DNA of 64,000 bases from a virus, in the IMG/VR virus record IMGVR_UViG_3300047091_000002, positions 1 through 64,000 of that record, one strand, 5' to 3'. The notes under the pieces were generated by a model. It did not search any database. It was not told the DNA's origin and saw nothing but the letters and a program-made list of their open reading frames with translations. Positions 18,152 through 28,359 of the stretch are shown in pieces. Both the position numbers and the translations under genes were made by a program. Each line of letters begins with the position of its first letter. The first letter of the stretch is position 1.

Positions 18152-19125
18152 TGTCTTGGACATTTGTAAATAACTACGGTGGCTGCAAAATATGTGGGAA
18201 ACCGGATTGGTGTAGAGTTGGCAGAAATTCAAAAGGTGAATTGATGTATGCCTGTAAACGTAGGACCGAAGGAGCAATCAAGATAAATCCAAATGGCTCA
18301 GGACTTTATAAAATGGAAGAACTAACTAACTTAGTCATTCCTTCTAGAGAAAAAGATACTAAGGCTTCTATTAAAATTAGGGATAAAGTATATTCGGAGA
18401 TGTTAAACAGACTTACATTATTTGATATAGATAAAGAAAGTCTTTTATCTAGAGGATTTACAAAAAAAGAAATAGAATTTTTAACCTACAAAAGTGTTGG
18501 AAAAATAGCCAATTCGCTTTATATATCCGGTTTTGATCTAACGCAAGTTCCGGGGTTTTATAAATTAGCTGGTGAATGGTGTATGAATTCCTCCGAAGGA
18601 TTTTTTATTCCTGCTAGAGATAGAAAAGGATATATTCAAGGTCTGCAAATAAGAACTAGAACCGGAAAATCTAAATATAAATGGTTTTCAAGTCGAGGAT
18701 ATTATTCTAAGAGTAGACAAACTTACATAAAGTATGATTGCGGAGCCTCCAGTGGGTCGCCAGCGCATTTTCGAGATGGCAATGGAGAAAACCTCTGGAT
18801 AACAGAAAGTCTTCTTAAAACGGACGTAACGTGGCTTAGAATGGATTTCCCGCATTTGGTGGGCATGGGGGGTACGAAAGCTGCTCACGAAGATGCTATA
18901 GAAAGGGCAAAATGTATCGATATAAGACAAATCGTAATAGCTTTTGATGTAGAGGACAATAAGTTCGTTAACAAAGATATAGATAATCTTTATCATAAAC
19001 TTATTAAAGAAACTGGAAAACCAACTAAAATAGCTGTTTGGGATGAAGTAAAAGGCATAGATGATGCTTTATTTGCTGGAAAAAAAATAGAGATAATTAG
19101 TTATGAAGACTGGATCAAACAATAA
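18112..19125 (+). CDS. Primase: N-terminal Zn-binding domain plus TOPRIM (DUF3854-like)
   Basis: CKICGKPDWC..C; FFIPARD..G.IQGLQIR; LWITESLLK; IVIAFD; KGIDDAL; true start probably GTG near 18151. Confidence 0.82.
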   Translation: MAVLDDLQRKGLLVSWTFVNNYGGCKICGKPDWCRVGRNSKGELMYACKRRTEGAIKINPNGSGLYKMEELTNLVIPSREKDTKASIKIRDKVYSEMLNRLTLFDIDKESLLSRGFTKKEIEFLTYKSVGKIANSLYISGFDLTQVPGFYKLAGEWCMNSSEGFFIPARDRKGYIQGLQIRTRTGKSKYKWFSSRGYYSKSRQTYIKYDCGASSGSPAHFRDGNGENLWITESLLKTDVTWLRMDFPHLVGMGGTKAAHEDAIERAKCIDIRQIVIAFDVEDNKFVNKDIDNLYHKLIKETGKPTKIAVWDEVKGIDDALFAGKKIEIISYEDWIKQ

Positions 19126-19384
19126 ATATCATTGCCCTTATTGTAATTCCGATTTTATAAAAGCAGTAGTATGGGACGGAGAAATATGGGCACCGTCTCT
19201 TTTATGTTCATATCTACATAGCGGAATTCTTTTCTCAACCACCTTGGATAGAGTTACGTATCTCGACGACTATGATAATATAGAGAAAATTTCAGAATAT
19301 AAAGGAATGAAAATTCGATATAGAATTCTCGATGCTGGTGGAAAAGAAATGCAGATACCGGAAGAGTTTATATTATGGGGATAA
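19103..19384 (+). CDS. Hypothetical Zn-ribbon protein
   Basis: CPYC; coupled ORF. Confidence 0.5.
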   Translation: MKTGSNNKYHCPYCNSDFIKAVVWDGEIWAPSLLCSYLHSGILFSTTLDRVTYLDDYDNIEKISEYKGMKIRYRILDAGGKEMQIPEEFILWG

Positions 19385-19393
19385 CTATTTACT

Positions 19394-19651
19394 ATGACTA
19401 ATAAAGAACTTTTGAATGTTGTTCAAATTTTATCTAAAGAGTTGGATAACTTTCTATCCAGTCATCCAACACATCCTACTAGAGATTATCCAAATCTACC
19501 GCATCTTAGTTGGATGTTGGATCAAATTCCTGACTTTTTGTTAGAAGGAAAACGCGAAAAGGCAATGCGGTGGTTAGGATTTGTTCAAGGAGCATTGTGG
19601 TGGTTAGGTATGATGACAATTGATGAACTGAAAAATATGAACAAACCTTAA
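19394..19651 (+). CDS. Conserved-looking phage hypothetical protein
   Basis: HLSWML...KAMRWLGFVQGALW pattern. Confidence 0.65.
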   Translation: MTNKELLNVVQILSKELDNFLSSHPTHPTRDYPNLPHLSWMLDQIPDFLLEGKREKAMRWLGFVQGALWWLGMMTIDELKNMNKP

Positions 19652-19659
19652 AATAACAC

Positions 19660-19688
19660 TTGCTTTTTTGAAAGAAACGGTGTATAAT
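19660..19688 (+). promoter_or_regulatory. Sigma70-type promoter
   Basis: TTGCTT-N17-TATAAT with extended TG, upstream of the HNH/glycosyltransferase block. Confidence 0.75.
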
Positions 19689-19761
19689 ATAAAAATGGGT
19701 GTTAGAATATCCGATAAAAATTCATTAATTATAAGAAGATTAAAACTTTTATATTTAGTTT

Positions 19762-20505
19762 ATGAAGAAAAATAATAACAAACCGCATATAATCAAGCAG
19801 TTTAAGAACGGCTCAACAAAGCGGTTCTACTTACATTCTTGTTATACTTGTACTGCGCCACTTAAAATCCCGACCGGAAAAACTAAAATAGGAATTTTTT
19901 ATTGTACTTCTTGTAAATATATTAATGGTTATATAGATAATGCTCCAAACCTAATTGGAATGCGAACGGGAAAACTTGTGGTAAAAGAATTATTACCGCG
20001 AGGAACTCTTAAAAGGGGTAGGGCTTGGCGGTGTGAATGTGATTGTGGGGCAGAAAAAATTCTCATTATCGCCCATTTGTCCGGTAAACGAGCCTTTAAG
20101 AGTTGCGGATGTTCTCAATATATTGGTGGTAAACAAAACGCAAAGCCACCGGGGGTCGCCGCGTTTAATCAGCGTATCAGCCAATATAGATTTGGCGCTA
20201 TTAAGCGAAATTTAGAATTTCAGTTAACCGTTGATCAATGTTATAAGTTATTTACTGATAATTGTTTTTATTGTGGCATTGAACCAAGACAAATAACGAC
20301 AATTACTAACAAATCATCTGAATTCGTATACAATGGTATTGACAGATTGGATAACTTAAAAGGCTATGAATTAGATAATGTTGTTACTTGTTGTAAGTGG
20401 TGCAATAGATGGAAAAATAGCTTGACTAAACTCGCATTCTTAGCTAAGGTTAAAGCTATATACGAACATTTAAACCTTAATCAACTTGGAATAGGGGAAC
20501 TATAG
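19762..20505 (+). CDS. HNH homing endonuclease
   Basis: WRCECDCG; CFYCG; NGIDRLDNLKGYELDNVVTCCKWCN. Confidence 0.9.
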   Translation: MKKNNNKPHIIKQFKNGSTKRFYLHSCYTCTAPLKIPTGKTKIGIFYCTSCKYINGYIDNAPNLIGMRTGKLVVKELLPRGTLKRGRAWRCECDCGAEKILIIAHLSGKRAFKSCGCSQYIGGKQNAKPPGVAAFNQRISQYRFGAIKRNLEFQLTVDQCYKLFTDNCFYCGIEPRQITTITNKSSEFVYNGIDRLDNLKGYELDNVVTCCKWCNRWKNSLTKLAFLAKVKAIYEHLNLNQLGIGEL

Positions 20506-21261
20506 ATGCTTTCAGCAGTAATTGGTCTAATTACTTATAACAGACGAGGTTTACTACAAGATTGCTTGGAAAGTATTAATGCTTCAATAAAAAGCAATCG
20601 GAATGCGTTCACTATTATAGTATCCGATGACGGTTCCGTAGATGGAACTATAGAATACCTTGAAACCGAGGCTAAACCATCGCATTTGGTGGATGCGCTT
20701 ATATTAAATATGGGTAGGGGCGGCGTAGCAAGAAATAGTAATAGGATACTAGATTATTATATTGGACTTAAGGTAGATGTGCCATTATTTCTTAGTAACG
20801 ATGATCTCCTTTTTCGTTCATCGGAGCCAAATGTTTTTCAAAGGTATATAGAAGCCGCAGAAAAAACTGGATTTGGGCATTTCGTTTATACTGATCCTAA
20901 ATCTAAATATCCTTATTCATCTGAAATTGTAAATGGAATATCTATTAGAGCTAGAGAACAAGGAGATGGTGTATTTCTAATGTTTTCACGCGAGGCAATT
21001 GAAACATTAGGGGGATTTGATACTGATTTCGGCTTGATGGGAATGGAACACGTATTTTATGCGCGTAGAGCAATTGTAGCAGGCTTGATTCCTTATGTCC
21101 CAGATATTGCTGATTGTGAGTCTTTAGTCTATACTAGACAATACTACGAAAAAGTACCCAACTCTATTCCAAATAAATACGGGCATATGGCAGTTGCTAA
21201 TAAAGTATTTATAGACAAAATGAGTAATCCAGTACGAATATTTGTGCCAATAGAGGTTTAA
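20506..21261 (+). CDS. Glycosyltransferase, GT2 (GT-A fold)
   Basis: LITYNR..L..CLESI, IIVSDDGSVDGT, LSNDD, GGFDTDFG..G.EH. Confidence 0.88.
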   Translation: MLSAVIGLITYNRRGLLQDCLESINASIKSNRNAFTIIVSDDGSVDGTIEYLETEAKPSHLVDALILNMGRGGVARNSNRILDYYIGLKVDVPLFLSNDDLLFRSSEPNVFQRYIEAAEKTGFGHFVYTDPKSKYPYSSEIVNGISIRAREQGDGVFLMFSREAIETLGGFDTDFGLMGMEHVFYARRAIVAGLIPYVPDIADCESLVYTRQYYEKVPNSIPNKYGHMAVANKVFIDKMSNPVRIFVPIEV

Positions 21262-21264
21262 AGA

Positions 21265-21430
21265 TGGCAGAGTTATTTCCAATTCAGCGTAGAGAGTATT
21301 TTGTACTCGTAGATGACGAAGATATTCCTAGAATGACTACCGTATATGGGCAAAATTAGGCGAGTATGTCGTGACGAATATGGACGGAAAGTTAGTTGGA
21401 ATGCATAGATTCACTTGGGGTGGGTAATTA
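21265..21430 (+). pseudogene. Decayed HNH/AP2-type endonuclease remnant
   Basis: Broken frames encode VLVDDED and MDGKLVGMHRF, typical N-terminal segments of HNH-AP2 proteins. Confidence 0.35.
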
Positions 21431-22550
21431 TTTGATAAAGTTTCTTCCTTCATATATTGGCTCAAAATCTTATTGGGTAAAAAAGTTGGCGAGGTTTGAA
21501 GGTCGCAACTTCGTGGAATTATTCTGCGGTTCAGCCGTTTTATCTGCTAATTTAGCATCTAGCTGTGTTCTAAACGACTTGGACCCGTTTGTTTATAAAA
21601 TTCTATCAAGATTCAACCAACAAATTGTACCTGTTCCGTTTACTGCCGATGATTATTTTCAGGTAAGAAAGTTACCAGATTGGTGGAAATATGCCTATTG
21701 TTTGCAGCGCCTAAGTTTTTCAGGTGTTTTTCGGTATTCAAAAAACGGATTTAACGTTCCTATAAAAAATAAAAATGCCAACATTGACCTATCCGAAGAT
21801 TATACAGAGGCGGTGTATCGTTGGAATCAATTGGCTCCAACTATACTCAATAGGCAATATTTTGCTTTAAATGATTTTATAAATAGTGACGTGGTACTTA
21901 TTTTAGACCCTCCTTATGAGGGGGCTCAAGCTGCCTATAATGAGACTTTCGATTTTCACTATTACTGGGAGTATGTTCGTATGAACGAAGATATTGCAAA
22001 AACTATGGTCTTATTCGACTACGAATCGAATTTACCATTTCCGGCAATGGATAAGAGAACGACACGACCTAATGGGGCAAGGACAAAAAATTCTGAAGGT
22101 ATTTTCATATTTGAAGAGTCATTGAAGTCCGGTGATTATGGAGAGCGATTATTTTTAAGTCTTAATGCTGGCAAGATTAGAAAGTCAGATACACTTTCAG
22201 TAGATTTTATACACGAATCGGGGAAGAGTATAGAGTTAAAAAGTGATTACTATGATATGACTCGTACCGATAATTTTTTTATTGAGCGCTGGTCGGACCT
22301 TAATAGAAAAACTTTAGGTGGTCCTTGGCAGGCACTAAAAAATGATGCGTATTACTATATATACTTCTTTGTAAAAAATAAGCAAGCTTTTATATTCAGG
22401 ACCGACAAATTGGTTGCATTCCTAGATAGAGTGCTTGTCGGAGATATTTATACCTTAATCAACATTCCGAACAAAAAGTGGATCACCGCCGGATATAAGA
22501 TTCCGAGAAGTCAACTTGAATCCATAACGATGGCTGTGATTAAATATTGA
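21396..22550 (+). CDS. D12/Dam-class DNA adenine methyltransferase fused to a PD-(D/E)XK nuclease-like domain
   Basis: YIGSK, VELFCGSA, FRYSKNGFNVP, LDPPY; C-terminal GERLF...VDF...IELKSD...NFFIE; true start probably TTG 21432. Confidence 0.82.
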   Translation: MECIDSLGVGNYLIKFLPSYIGSKSYWVKKLARFEGRNFVELFCGSAVLSANLASSCVLNDLDPFVYKILSRFNQQIVPVPFTADDYFQVRKLPDWWKYAYCLQRLSFSGVFRYSKNGFNVPIKNKNANIDLSEDYTEAVYRWNQLAPTILNRQYFALNDFINSDVVLILDPPYEGAQAAYNETFDFHYYWEYVRMNEDIAKTMVLFDYESNLPFPAMDKRTTRPNGARTKNSEGIFIFEESLKSGDYGERLFLSLNAGKIRKSDTLSVDFIHESGKSIELKSDYYDMTRTDNFFIERWSDLNRKTLGGPWQALKNDAYYYIYFFVKNKQAFIFRTDKLVAFLDRVLVGDIYTLINIPNKKWITAGYKIPRSQLESITMAVIKY

Positions 22551-22598
22551 TGGTTCGCGCAATGTAATATAACTATGAGTTATGACGGAGGTGTTTGA

Positions 22599-22946
22599 GT
22601 GTTACTTAGCGACAGAGAACAAGTAATAGAGAACGTAATAGAAAAATGCAAAAAAGTTCTTTTTGCAAAGGGAAAAGACTATAGCGGAGAAGAAGACTCT
22701 TTATCTAATTTCAAACGCAACGGGGATAGAATAGGACTTACAAAATATCAGGTGTGGAGTTGTTATGCAAATAAACATATAGATTCTATAAATAATTCAA
22801 TTAAGCTTAATCCAATTTTTCCGCAAGTAGAAAGCGAACCTTTGGAAAGTCGGATTATTGATGTGGTAAATTACATGTTGATTTTAGCAGCACTTCTCGA
22901 AGAAGATAAGCAAGCACAACTTGTAAAGGATCAAATAAAAGTATGA
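22599..22946 (+). CDS. All-alpha MazG-like nucleotide-modification-associated protein (DUF1599-like)
   Basis: KGKDYS...NF...KH...E..E.RIIDVVNYMLIL. Confidence 0.6.
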   Translation: MLLSDREQVIENVIEKCKKVLFAKGKDYSGEEDSLSNFKRNGDRIGLTKYQVWSCYANKHIDSINNSIKLNPIFPQVESEPLESRIIDVVNYMLILAALLEEDKQAQLVKDQIKV

Positions 22947-23470
22947 AAAGAAACGGCGATTGGCTCCAGACTTATACTGGAGGAGCATTTTATCCGTTAG
23001 ATCCTCATATTGATGATATTTGTATTGAGGATATAGCGCACAGCTTGAGCCAACAATGCAGATTTGGTGGACATTGCAAATTACCCTACTTCGTTGGACA
23101 TCACTCAATACTCGTATCCCAATATTGCAAGCCAGAAGATGCTTTATGGGGACTACTTCACGATGCAAGCGAAGCATATGTTGTTGACGTTCCTCGACCT
23201 TTAAAGAATCACTTGGCAAACTACGAAGAGATAGAACAAAGAGTGCAAGAAGTTATTGCCCAGAAATTCGATTTATCTATGCCTATCCCTGATTCTGTTC
23301 ACCACGCAGATCAAGTTGTTCTAGCAACCGAGGCTCGTGACTTGATGTGTGTTCCTCCAAAAATGTGGAAAATTCGGGAAATACCTATACAAAATATTAT
23401 TATTAAACCGCTAACTTCTTTAGAAACAGAGCAGGTTTTTTTAAAAAGATTTTACGAGTTGATAAAATGA
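22943..23470 (+). CDS. HD-domain 5'-deoxynucleotidase (YfbR-like)
   Basis: IEDIAHSLSQQCRFGGH, V.HHS, LLHDASEAY..DVPRPLK, AD..VLATE.RDL. Confidence 0.92.
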   Translation: MKRNGDWLQTYTGGAFYPLDPHIDDICIEDIAHSLSQQCRFGGHCKLPYFVGHHSILVSQYCKPEDALWGLLHDASEAYVVDVPRPLKNHLANYEEIEQRVQEVIAQKFDLSMPIPDSVHHADQVVLATEARDLMCVPPKMWKIREIPIQNIIIKPLTSLETEQVFLKRFYELIK

Positions 23471-23691
23471 TACACATAACTAAAATGCCACACGAATATA
23501 TCCCTATGCTTAGAACCACAGAAAGAAGGGGTTGGTTAACCCGTAAGCATGGGTTTTATAAACACAATAAAGACTGCAAAAGATGCTATGCTGAAAGATT
23601 TGTAGCAGGATTAAAAAGAGGAGACCAAATAGTAAGAATGCCTTCTACTGGGATGGCAGAACAAGTAAGAAAGGCTTTAGGAATAAAATGA
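23467..23691 (+). CDS. Hypothetical protein
   Basis: ATGA-coupled ORF. Confidence 0.55.
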   Translation: MIHITKMPHEYIPMLRTTERRGWLTRKHGFYKHNKDCKRCYAERFVAGLKRGDQIVRMPSTGMAEQVRKALGIK

Positions 23692-24239
23692 AACTACTAA
23701 CATCTGGAATGCTCTCTGGTCCAACTTATTCGGGTATTAGAGATTTACAATTTATAGCCGAATCATCAGACGATGAACGAGTTTTGAAAATCTTGTTTGA
23801 ATACTATACAAATTTAATTAACAAGTCAAATTCTATCGAGGAAAAATCTTGGTTATCCTTACATACCTTTCTTTACGGTAGACATAATCTGTACGATTTC
23901 CAAGAAATCTTATTAGTTATTGATGGAATTCTTACCTATGATGAGGTGAGTAGAGCAAGCGGATGTCTCGGGTATGCTCTTAGAGAGGTTTTATCGGGAG
24001 AAGATTTGAGTGGGCCGTCTCTACATGCAGAAAATAATTATAGTAAACTTTCCTACTACTATGATTCGACCAAATCTCGCAGAGATGATATTGATTATAT
24101 TGAGGTTTTTACTAAATCTCTCACTTATATTGAACATGGATCTCCTATACGAAAAACTAATCGTGCTGGAATAGATACAAAAGGAACTCGACTTGTTGAC
24201 GGCATAGGTAAGAGAAATATTAAAATATTCTTGAGATAG
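23688..24239 (+). CDS. Hypothetical protein
   Basis: 183-aa ATGA-coupled ORF. Confidence 0.6.
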   Translation: MKLLTSGMLSGPTYSGIRDLQFIAESSDDERVLKILFEYYTNLINKSNSIEEKSWLSLHTFLYGRHNLYDFQEILLVIDGILTYDEVSRASGCLGYALREVLSGEDLSGPSLHAENNYSKLSYYYDSTKSRRDDIDYIEVFTKSLTYIEHGSPIRKTNRAGIDTKGTRLVDGIGKRNIKIFLR

Positions 24240-24256
24240 AACATGGATAAAACGAT

Positions 24257-24577
24257 ATGTCAAGAGGAGAAGGAAATCCGTATATAGCTGAGTCTAAATG
24301 CCCGACGGGTAAGTTACCATACCTAACTTATCGAAGCGCATTACGAGCAATTAAAGCATTTAAACGACCTAGAAGACATGGCTTTCAACTTAAAGATTAT
24401 CATTTGAGTATATATAAATGTAGTGAATGTCCCTATAATCACGTAGGTAATGCCGAGATAATGAAAGAAGTTGAAATTAATACTCGCCATAAAAAGCAAT
24501 ACAAATCTAACAAACCGATTAGTATAGAAGAATTTATTAAATTAAAAACAAGGGGAACAGCGATCAAACTAAGTTAG
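24257..24577 (+). CDS. Zn-finger-like phage protein
   Basis: CPTGK..Y...YKCSECPYNH. Confidence 0.6.
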   Translation: MSRGEGNPYIAESKCPTGKLPYLTYRSALRAIKAFKRPRRHGFQLKDYHLSIYKCSECPYNHVGNAEIMKEVEINTRHKKQYKSNKPISIEEFIKLKTRGTAIKLS

Positions 24578-24716
24578 TTATGACAAAAATCCAAGAAGAT
24601 GAAATTTTACGAGAATACACAGAAGATTTAATTCGTGATGTTGACGATTTTAATGATGAACTTTCTATAGAACCATACAGGCAGCGTTGGGAGATACTTA
24701 AACAAGAAGAAGAATA

Positions 24717-25037
24717 ATGTTAATAAGATCCACACCAAAAAGAATATTTTGTATTCCTTGTAAACAATCAACATTAAGAAAAGGATCTAAGCAAATAGGA
24801 AACATATGGTTTTGTAAGGATTGCTTTTCACTTGTTCCAAAATCACCTAAAAAACAAAGACCTGAATTACGACAGGACAACACTACAGGCACTACTGGAG
24901 TAACACACGGTAAAACCAGAACAAGTTTTAGATCATACATAGATATAAATAAAAAAAGAACAGGTCTAGGACATTTTAAAACTTTAGAAGAAGCTGTAAT
25001 AGCCAGAAAAGAGGCGGAGAAATTATATAAATGTTGA
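24717..25037 (+). CDS. Zn-finger plus AP2 DNA-binding domain protein
   Basis: CIPC..CKDC; TGTTGV...F.SYI...LGHFKTLEEAVIARKEAE. Confidence 0.8.
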   Translation: MLIRSTPKRIFCIPCKQSTLRKGSKQIGNIWFCKDCFSLVPKSPKKQRPELRQDNTTGTTGVTHGKTRTSFRSYIDINKKRTGLGHFKTLEEAVIARKEAEKLYKC

Positions 25038-26011
25038 CAATACTGTACTTGGGAAATTTTTCTCTAGATTATTGTACCGAGTTCCAGATTGCCGCAACGC
25101 TGGAATCAATGGGACACTCTGTAATTAGGTTACAAGAAGATATTTATAACAATACAGATGTCTTATATCAAGAAACACTAGCTAATCCTGATGTATTTTT
25201 ATATACTCGTACCCCCGGATTTTATAAAGATAATGCATTTCTTCTTCTAGAAGAATTAACTAGGAGGAATATACCAACAGTATCGTTGCATTTAGATCTT
25301 TACAATGGTTTAAAACGAGGCGAATTACTAAGCTCAGATCCTTTTTGGGCTACTGCTTTTTGCTTTTCGGCGGATGGCGGTAGCGAAGAATTTTTTAAAT
25401 CTTGGGGAGTAAATCATTTTTGGTTAAAGCCGGGGGTATACGATAAAGAATGTTACATAGCAGCCGCCGATAGAGATAGATTTCCCCATGATATAATCTT
25501 TGTAGGCAATGATGGTTCTGGGTATCACCCCGAATGGGAATACCGGAGGACTCTAACTAATTGGTTAAAAAATACGTATGGAGAAAGATTTGCGGTATAT
25601 CCCGGTACGGGGAATTCGGCTATTAGAAGTCACGATCTCAATGTTTTATACGCAAGTGCAAAAATTGCAGTGGGCGATAGTTTATGTTTAGGATTCACGC
25701 ACGAAAAATATGTATCAGACCGATTACCGGAGGGAAACTCTAGGGGCGCTTTTCAGATTTTCCCAAGAATTAAGGGAATCACAGATGAATTTGAAGATGG
25801 GAAAAATATAGTTCTTTATACATTTGGAGATTTCGACGATTTAAAATCTAAAATAGATTACTATCTTCTACACGATGAAGAAAGAGAATCAATACGAAAA
25901 GCGAGTCAACTTTATACAAGCGAAAATTGGAATTACCAGATAAGGATGACGGAGATGTTTAAAGTTTTATCAGAACAACTTCCGCAGATACGTTTAAAAT
26001 TAAGGAATTAG
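25031..26011 (+). CDS. Glycosyltransferase, CgeB/DUF3880-like (GT-B)
   Basis: DIIFVG, LYASAKIAVG, SDRLPE, FEDGKNIVLY..DLKSKIDYYL.HDEERESI. Confidence 0.82.
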   Translation: MLTILYLGNFSLDYCTEFQIAATLESMGHSVIRLQEDIYNNTDVLYQETLANPDVFLYTRTPGFYKDNAFLLLEELTRRNIPTVSLHLDLYNGLKRGELLSSDPFWATAFCFSADGGSEEFFKSWGVNHFWLKPGVYDKECYIAAADRDRFPHDIIFVGNDGSGYHPEWEYRRTLTNWLKNTYGERFAVYPGTGNSAIRSHDLNVLYASAKIAVGDSLCLGFTHEKYVSDRLPEGNSRGAFQIFPRIKGITDEFEDGKNIVLYTFGDFDDLKSKIDYYLLHDEERESIRKASQLYTSENWNYQIRMTEMFKVLSEQLPQIRLKLRN

Positions 26012-26012
26012 T

Positions 26013-27143
26013 GTGCCTTATAAAGATAAAAGAAAGCAGCAAGAACACAGTAAGGCGTATTATTCCGCGAATCGAGAAGAAATTCGTAGAAAATATAGGC
26101 TTTATGACGACCGGATTCGGGCAATCCGAGGTACTCCTCGAAGAGAACCAAGAATTAAATCGGATGATACAATAAAGTGTTATTGTTGTAAATTGTACCT
26201 GCCAAGAGATTTCTTTAGTTCTTTAAATAATTCAAAATGCCCCGATTATTGCAAATCATGCATAAGAATTAGAAATAAAATCTTTAGAAAAAATAGAAAA
26301 ATAAGGTTGGGATTGCCGGATACATATGAGGGTAGAGATAATGGAAGATTTACATCTGCTGGAGTAAAGAGGCAATGGGAAGATTCAGATTATAGAGAAA
26401 AGATGCGATTAGCAACATCAGGTGCAAAAAATAAAAATTTTAAAGATGCAAAAAAGCAGTCACAATGTATAATATGTGGGACTTCATTTTTCTATTATCC
26501 ATCTACTAAAAATTCTACGGGCGAGTATTGCTCAAGAAATTGTATGCATAAATCCCCAAAACGTCGTGCAGCAGTTGCAAGAGCTTTAACTGGTAAGAAA
26601 TTATCCCCATCCCATATCAAATCATTACATGATTCACACGTTGGTAAATTTTTAGGTCCGAATAGCCCCACTTGGAAGGGCGGTGTCGCAAAGATGAACT
26701 GCCATATCAGAGGCTCATTCGAGTATGATAGGTGGAGAACGAGAATATTTGAACGAGATTTATATACATGCCGAGACTGCGGGGTAGTTGGTAAGAACAT
26801 TATCGTCCATCACATTATGAGGTATGCTACTATTATCGCTAAGTATAAAATTACAAATTATGCGGAGGCGGTAAAATGTAATCAGTTATGGGACATAGAT
26901 AATGGATTAACTCTTTGTAAACCTTGTCATAAGAAACTTCACACAAAAGAAACAGAAGAAAAAAGAATGTTGAAATGCATAAATGCCAGAAAATATAAGG
27001 GTATCAGGAAACCAAATTGTAACAAAGGTAATCCATGTAAATGGTGTTTGGGCATTTGGCACGAAAAACATTCTGAAATGTTATCTATTCTTTCTATATA
27101 TGAATCCAATATTGCGGAGAAATTAAATGCAGTATCAACCTGA
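26013..27143 (+). CDS. HNH homing endonuclease with NUMOD3-like segments
   Basis: IFERDLYTCRDCG..VHHI...NGLTLCKPCH; GPNSPTWKGG. Confidence 0.85.
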   Translation: MPYKDKRKQQEHSKAYYSANREEIRRKYRLYDDRIRAIRGTPRREPRIKSDDTIKCYCCKLYLPRDFFSSLNNSKCPDYCKSCIRIRNKIFRKNRKIRLGLPDTYEGRDNGRFTSAGVKRQWEDSDYREKMRLATSGAKNKNFKDAKKQSQCIICGTSFFYYPSTKNSTGEYCSRNCMHKSPKRRAAVARALTGKKLSPSHIKSLHDSHVGKFLGPNSPTWKGGVAKMNCHIRGSFEYDRWRTRIFERDLYTCRDCGVVGKNIIVHHIMRYATIIAKYKITNYAEAVKCNQLWDIDNGLTLCKPCHKKLHTKETEEKRMLKCINARKYKGIRKPNCNKGNPCKWCLGIWHEKHSEMLSILSIYESNIAEKLNAVST

Positions 27144-27585
27144 TTGGGAAGAAAGAATGGCATTAGCCGCCAAGTGGATTCCAGAATACTCGATAGTGGT
27201 AGATTTTGGCGCTGGTAGTGGTAAATTACTTAATTATTTACCAAAAAGATGCTCGTATACTCCTTTGGATAAACTAGATTTGAATTTTAATATTGATAGT
27301 CTACCTAATATTTGTAACGATGCAACAATCGGAGTTTGTCTAGGACTACTTGAATGGTTAGATAATCCTAAAGAATTTCTTTCTAAAATGATTGCCGATA
27401 CCTTGATAGTATCTTATGCAATATTCGGACTAGATCATAATCTAGAACCTAGAGTAGAAAATGGTTGGAAAAATCATTTTAGATTAGCAGAATTAATGGA
27501 AATATTTAGAGATATAGGATATAATATAGAAGAATTTACGTGGTGGAAAGACCAGATATTGTTTAAATTAGAGAGAAAGAAATGA
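27127..27585 (+). CDS. Class I SAM-dependent methyltransferase-like protein
   Basis: VVDFGAGSG motif I; LGLLEWL. Confidence 0.75.
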   Translation: MQYQPDWEERMALAAKWIPEYSIVVDFGAGSGKLLNYLPKRCSYTPLDKLDLNFNIDSLPNICNDATIGVCLGLLEWLDNPKEFLSKMIADTLIVSYAIFGLDHNLEPRVENGWKNHFRLAELMEIFRDIGYNIEEFTWWKDQILFKLERKK

Positions 27586-28217
27586 AAACACCAAATGTAG
27601 AAATATGGAAAGATGTTATTACCTACGAAGGTATATACAGCGTTAGTTCCTTTGGAAATATTAGACGAGATTTATATTCTGGAAAAAATACAAAGGCGGG
27701 GAGAATACTTAAGCCAAGACTCAACAAATATGGGTATCCCTATTTAAACCTGTATAAAGATAAAATTCGTACCTCTATTTGTATACATAAACTTGTTACA
27801 CGAGCATTTCTTGGGGAACCCCCACAAAATTATGTGGTAAATCACAAAGATGGCAGTAAAATAAATAACACTATAGAAAACTTGGAATATTGTACGCAAA
27901 AACAAAATGTTAAACATTCTTATGACACTGGATTAAAATTTGGAAATTTTGGAGAGCGCCACGGCTCAAAAACTCATCCTGAGCGGGTGGCTAGAGGCGA
28001 AAAAAGTAGATTGAGTAAGATTAAAGAATGCGATATTCCCGTAATCTTTTCTCTTAGACGCAATGGAATGAAATTACATCAAATCGGCAATTTATTCGGA
28101 GTAAAATATCAACAAATTAGTCGGATATTGTCGGGAAAGAGCAGAAATACTTTAAACATTTACACTCCGATGTCACCACATAAAAGAAGTTATATCTCCA
28201 TACTGGAAAAGAGATGA
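27582..28217 (+). CDS. NUMOD4-HNH homing endonuclease
   Basis: EIWKDVITYEGIYSVSSFGNIR; IHKLV..AF...VNHKDGSKINNTIENLEYCT..QN. Confidence 0.92.
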   Translation: MKTPNVEIWKDVITYEGIYSVSSFGNIRRDLYSGKNTKAGRILKPRLNKYGYPYLNLYKDKIRTSICIHKLVTRAFLGEPPQNYVVNHKDGSKINNTIENLEYCTQKQNVKHSYDTGLKFGNFGERHGSKTHPERVARGEKSRLSKIKECDIPVIFSLRRNGMKLHQIGNLFGVKYQQISRILSGKSRNTLNIYTPMSPHKRSYISILEKR

Positions 28218-28359
28218 GGATATAAATGTACGAGTATACAACTGTTACACTCACAATTTCTAAACCTCTTTTAGAAGCTAAGATAAAACAGAATATAAAT
28301 CCCGCTCCGACTGTCCCGCGTCCAAATATAAAACCCGTGGCAATAAGGAACACTATAAA

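Noticed and set aside
22599-23470. Calling a 2-aminoadenine (Z) genome
   Set aside because: No purZ in the window; HD and MazG-like genes alone are common in phages
26013-28217. Group I introns hosting the endonucleases
   Set aside because: Flanking genes are complete and overlap the endonuclease ORFs directly, leaving no room for intron cores
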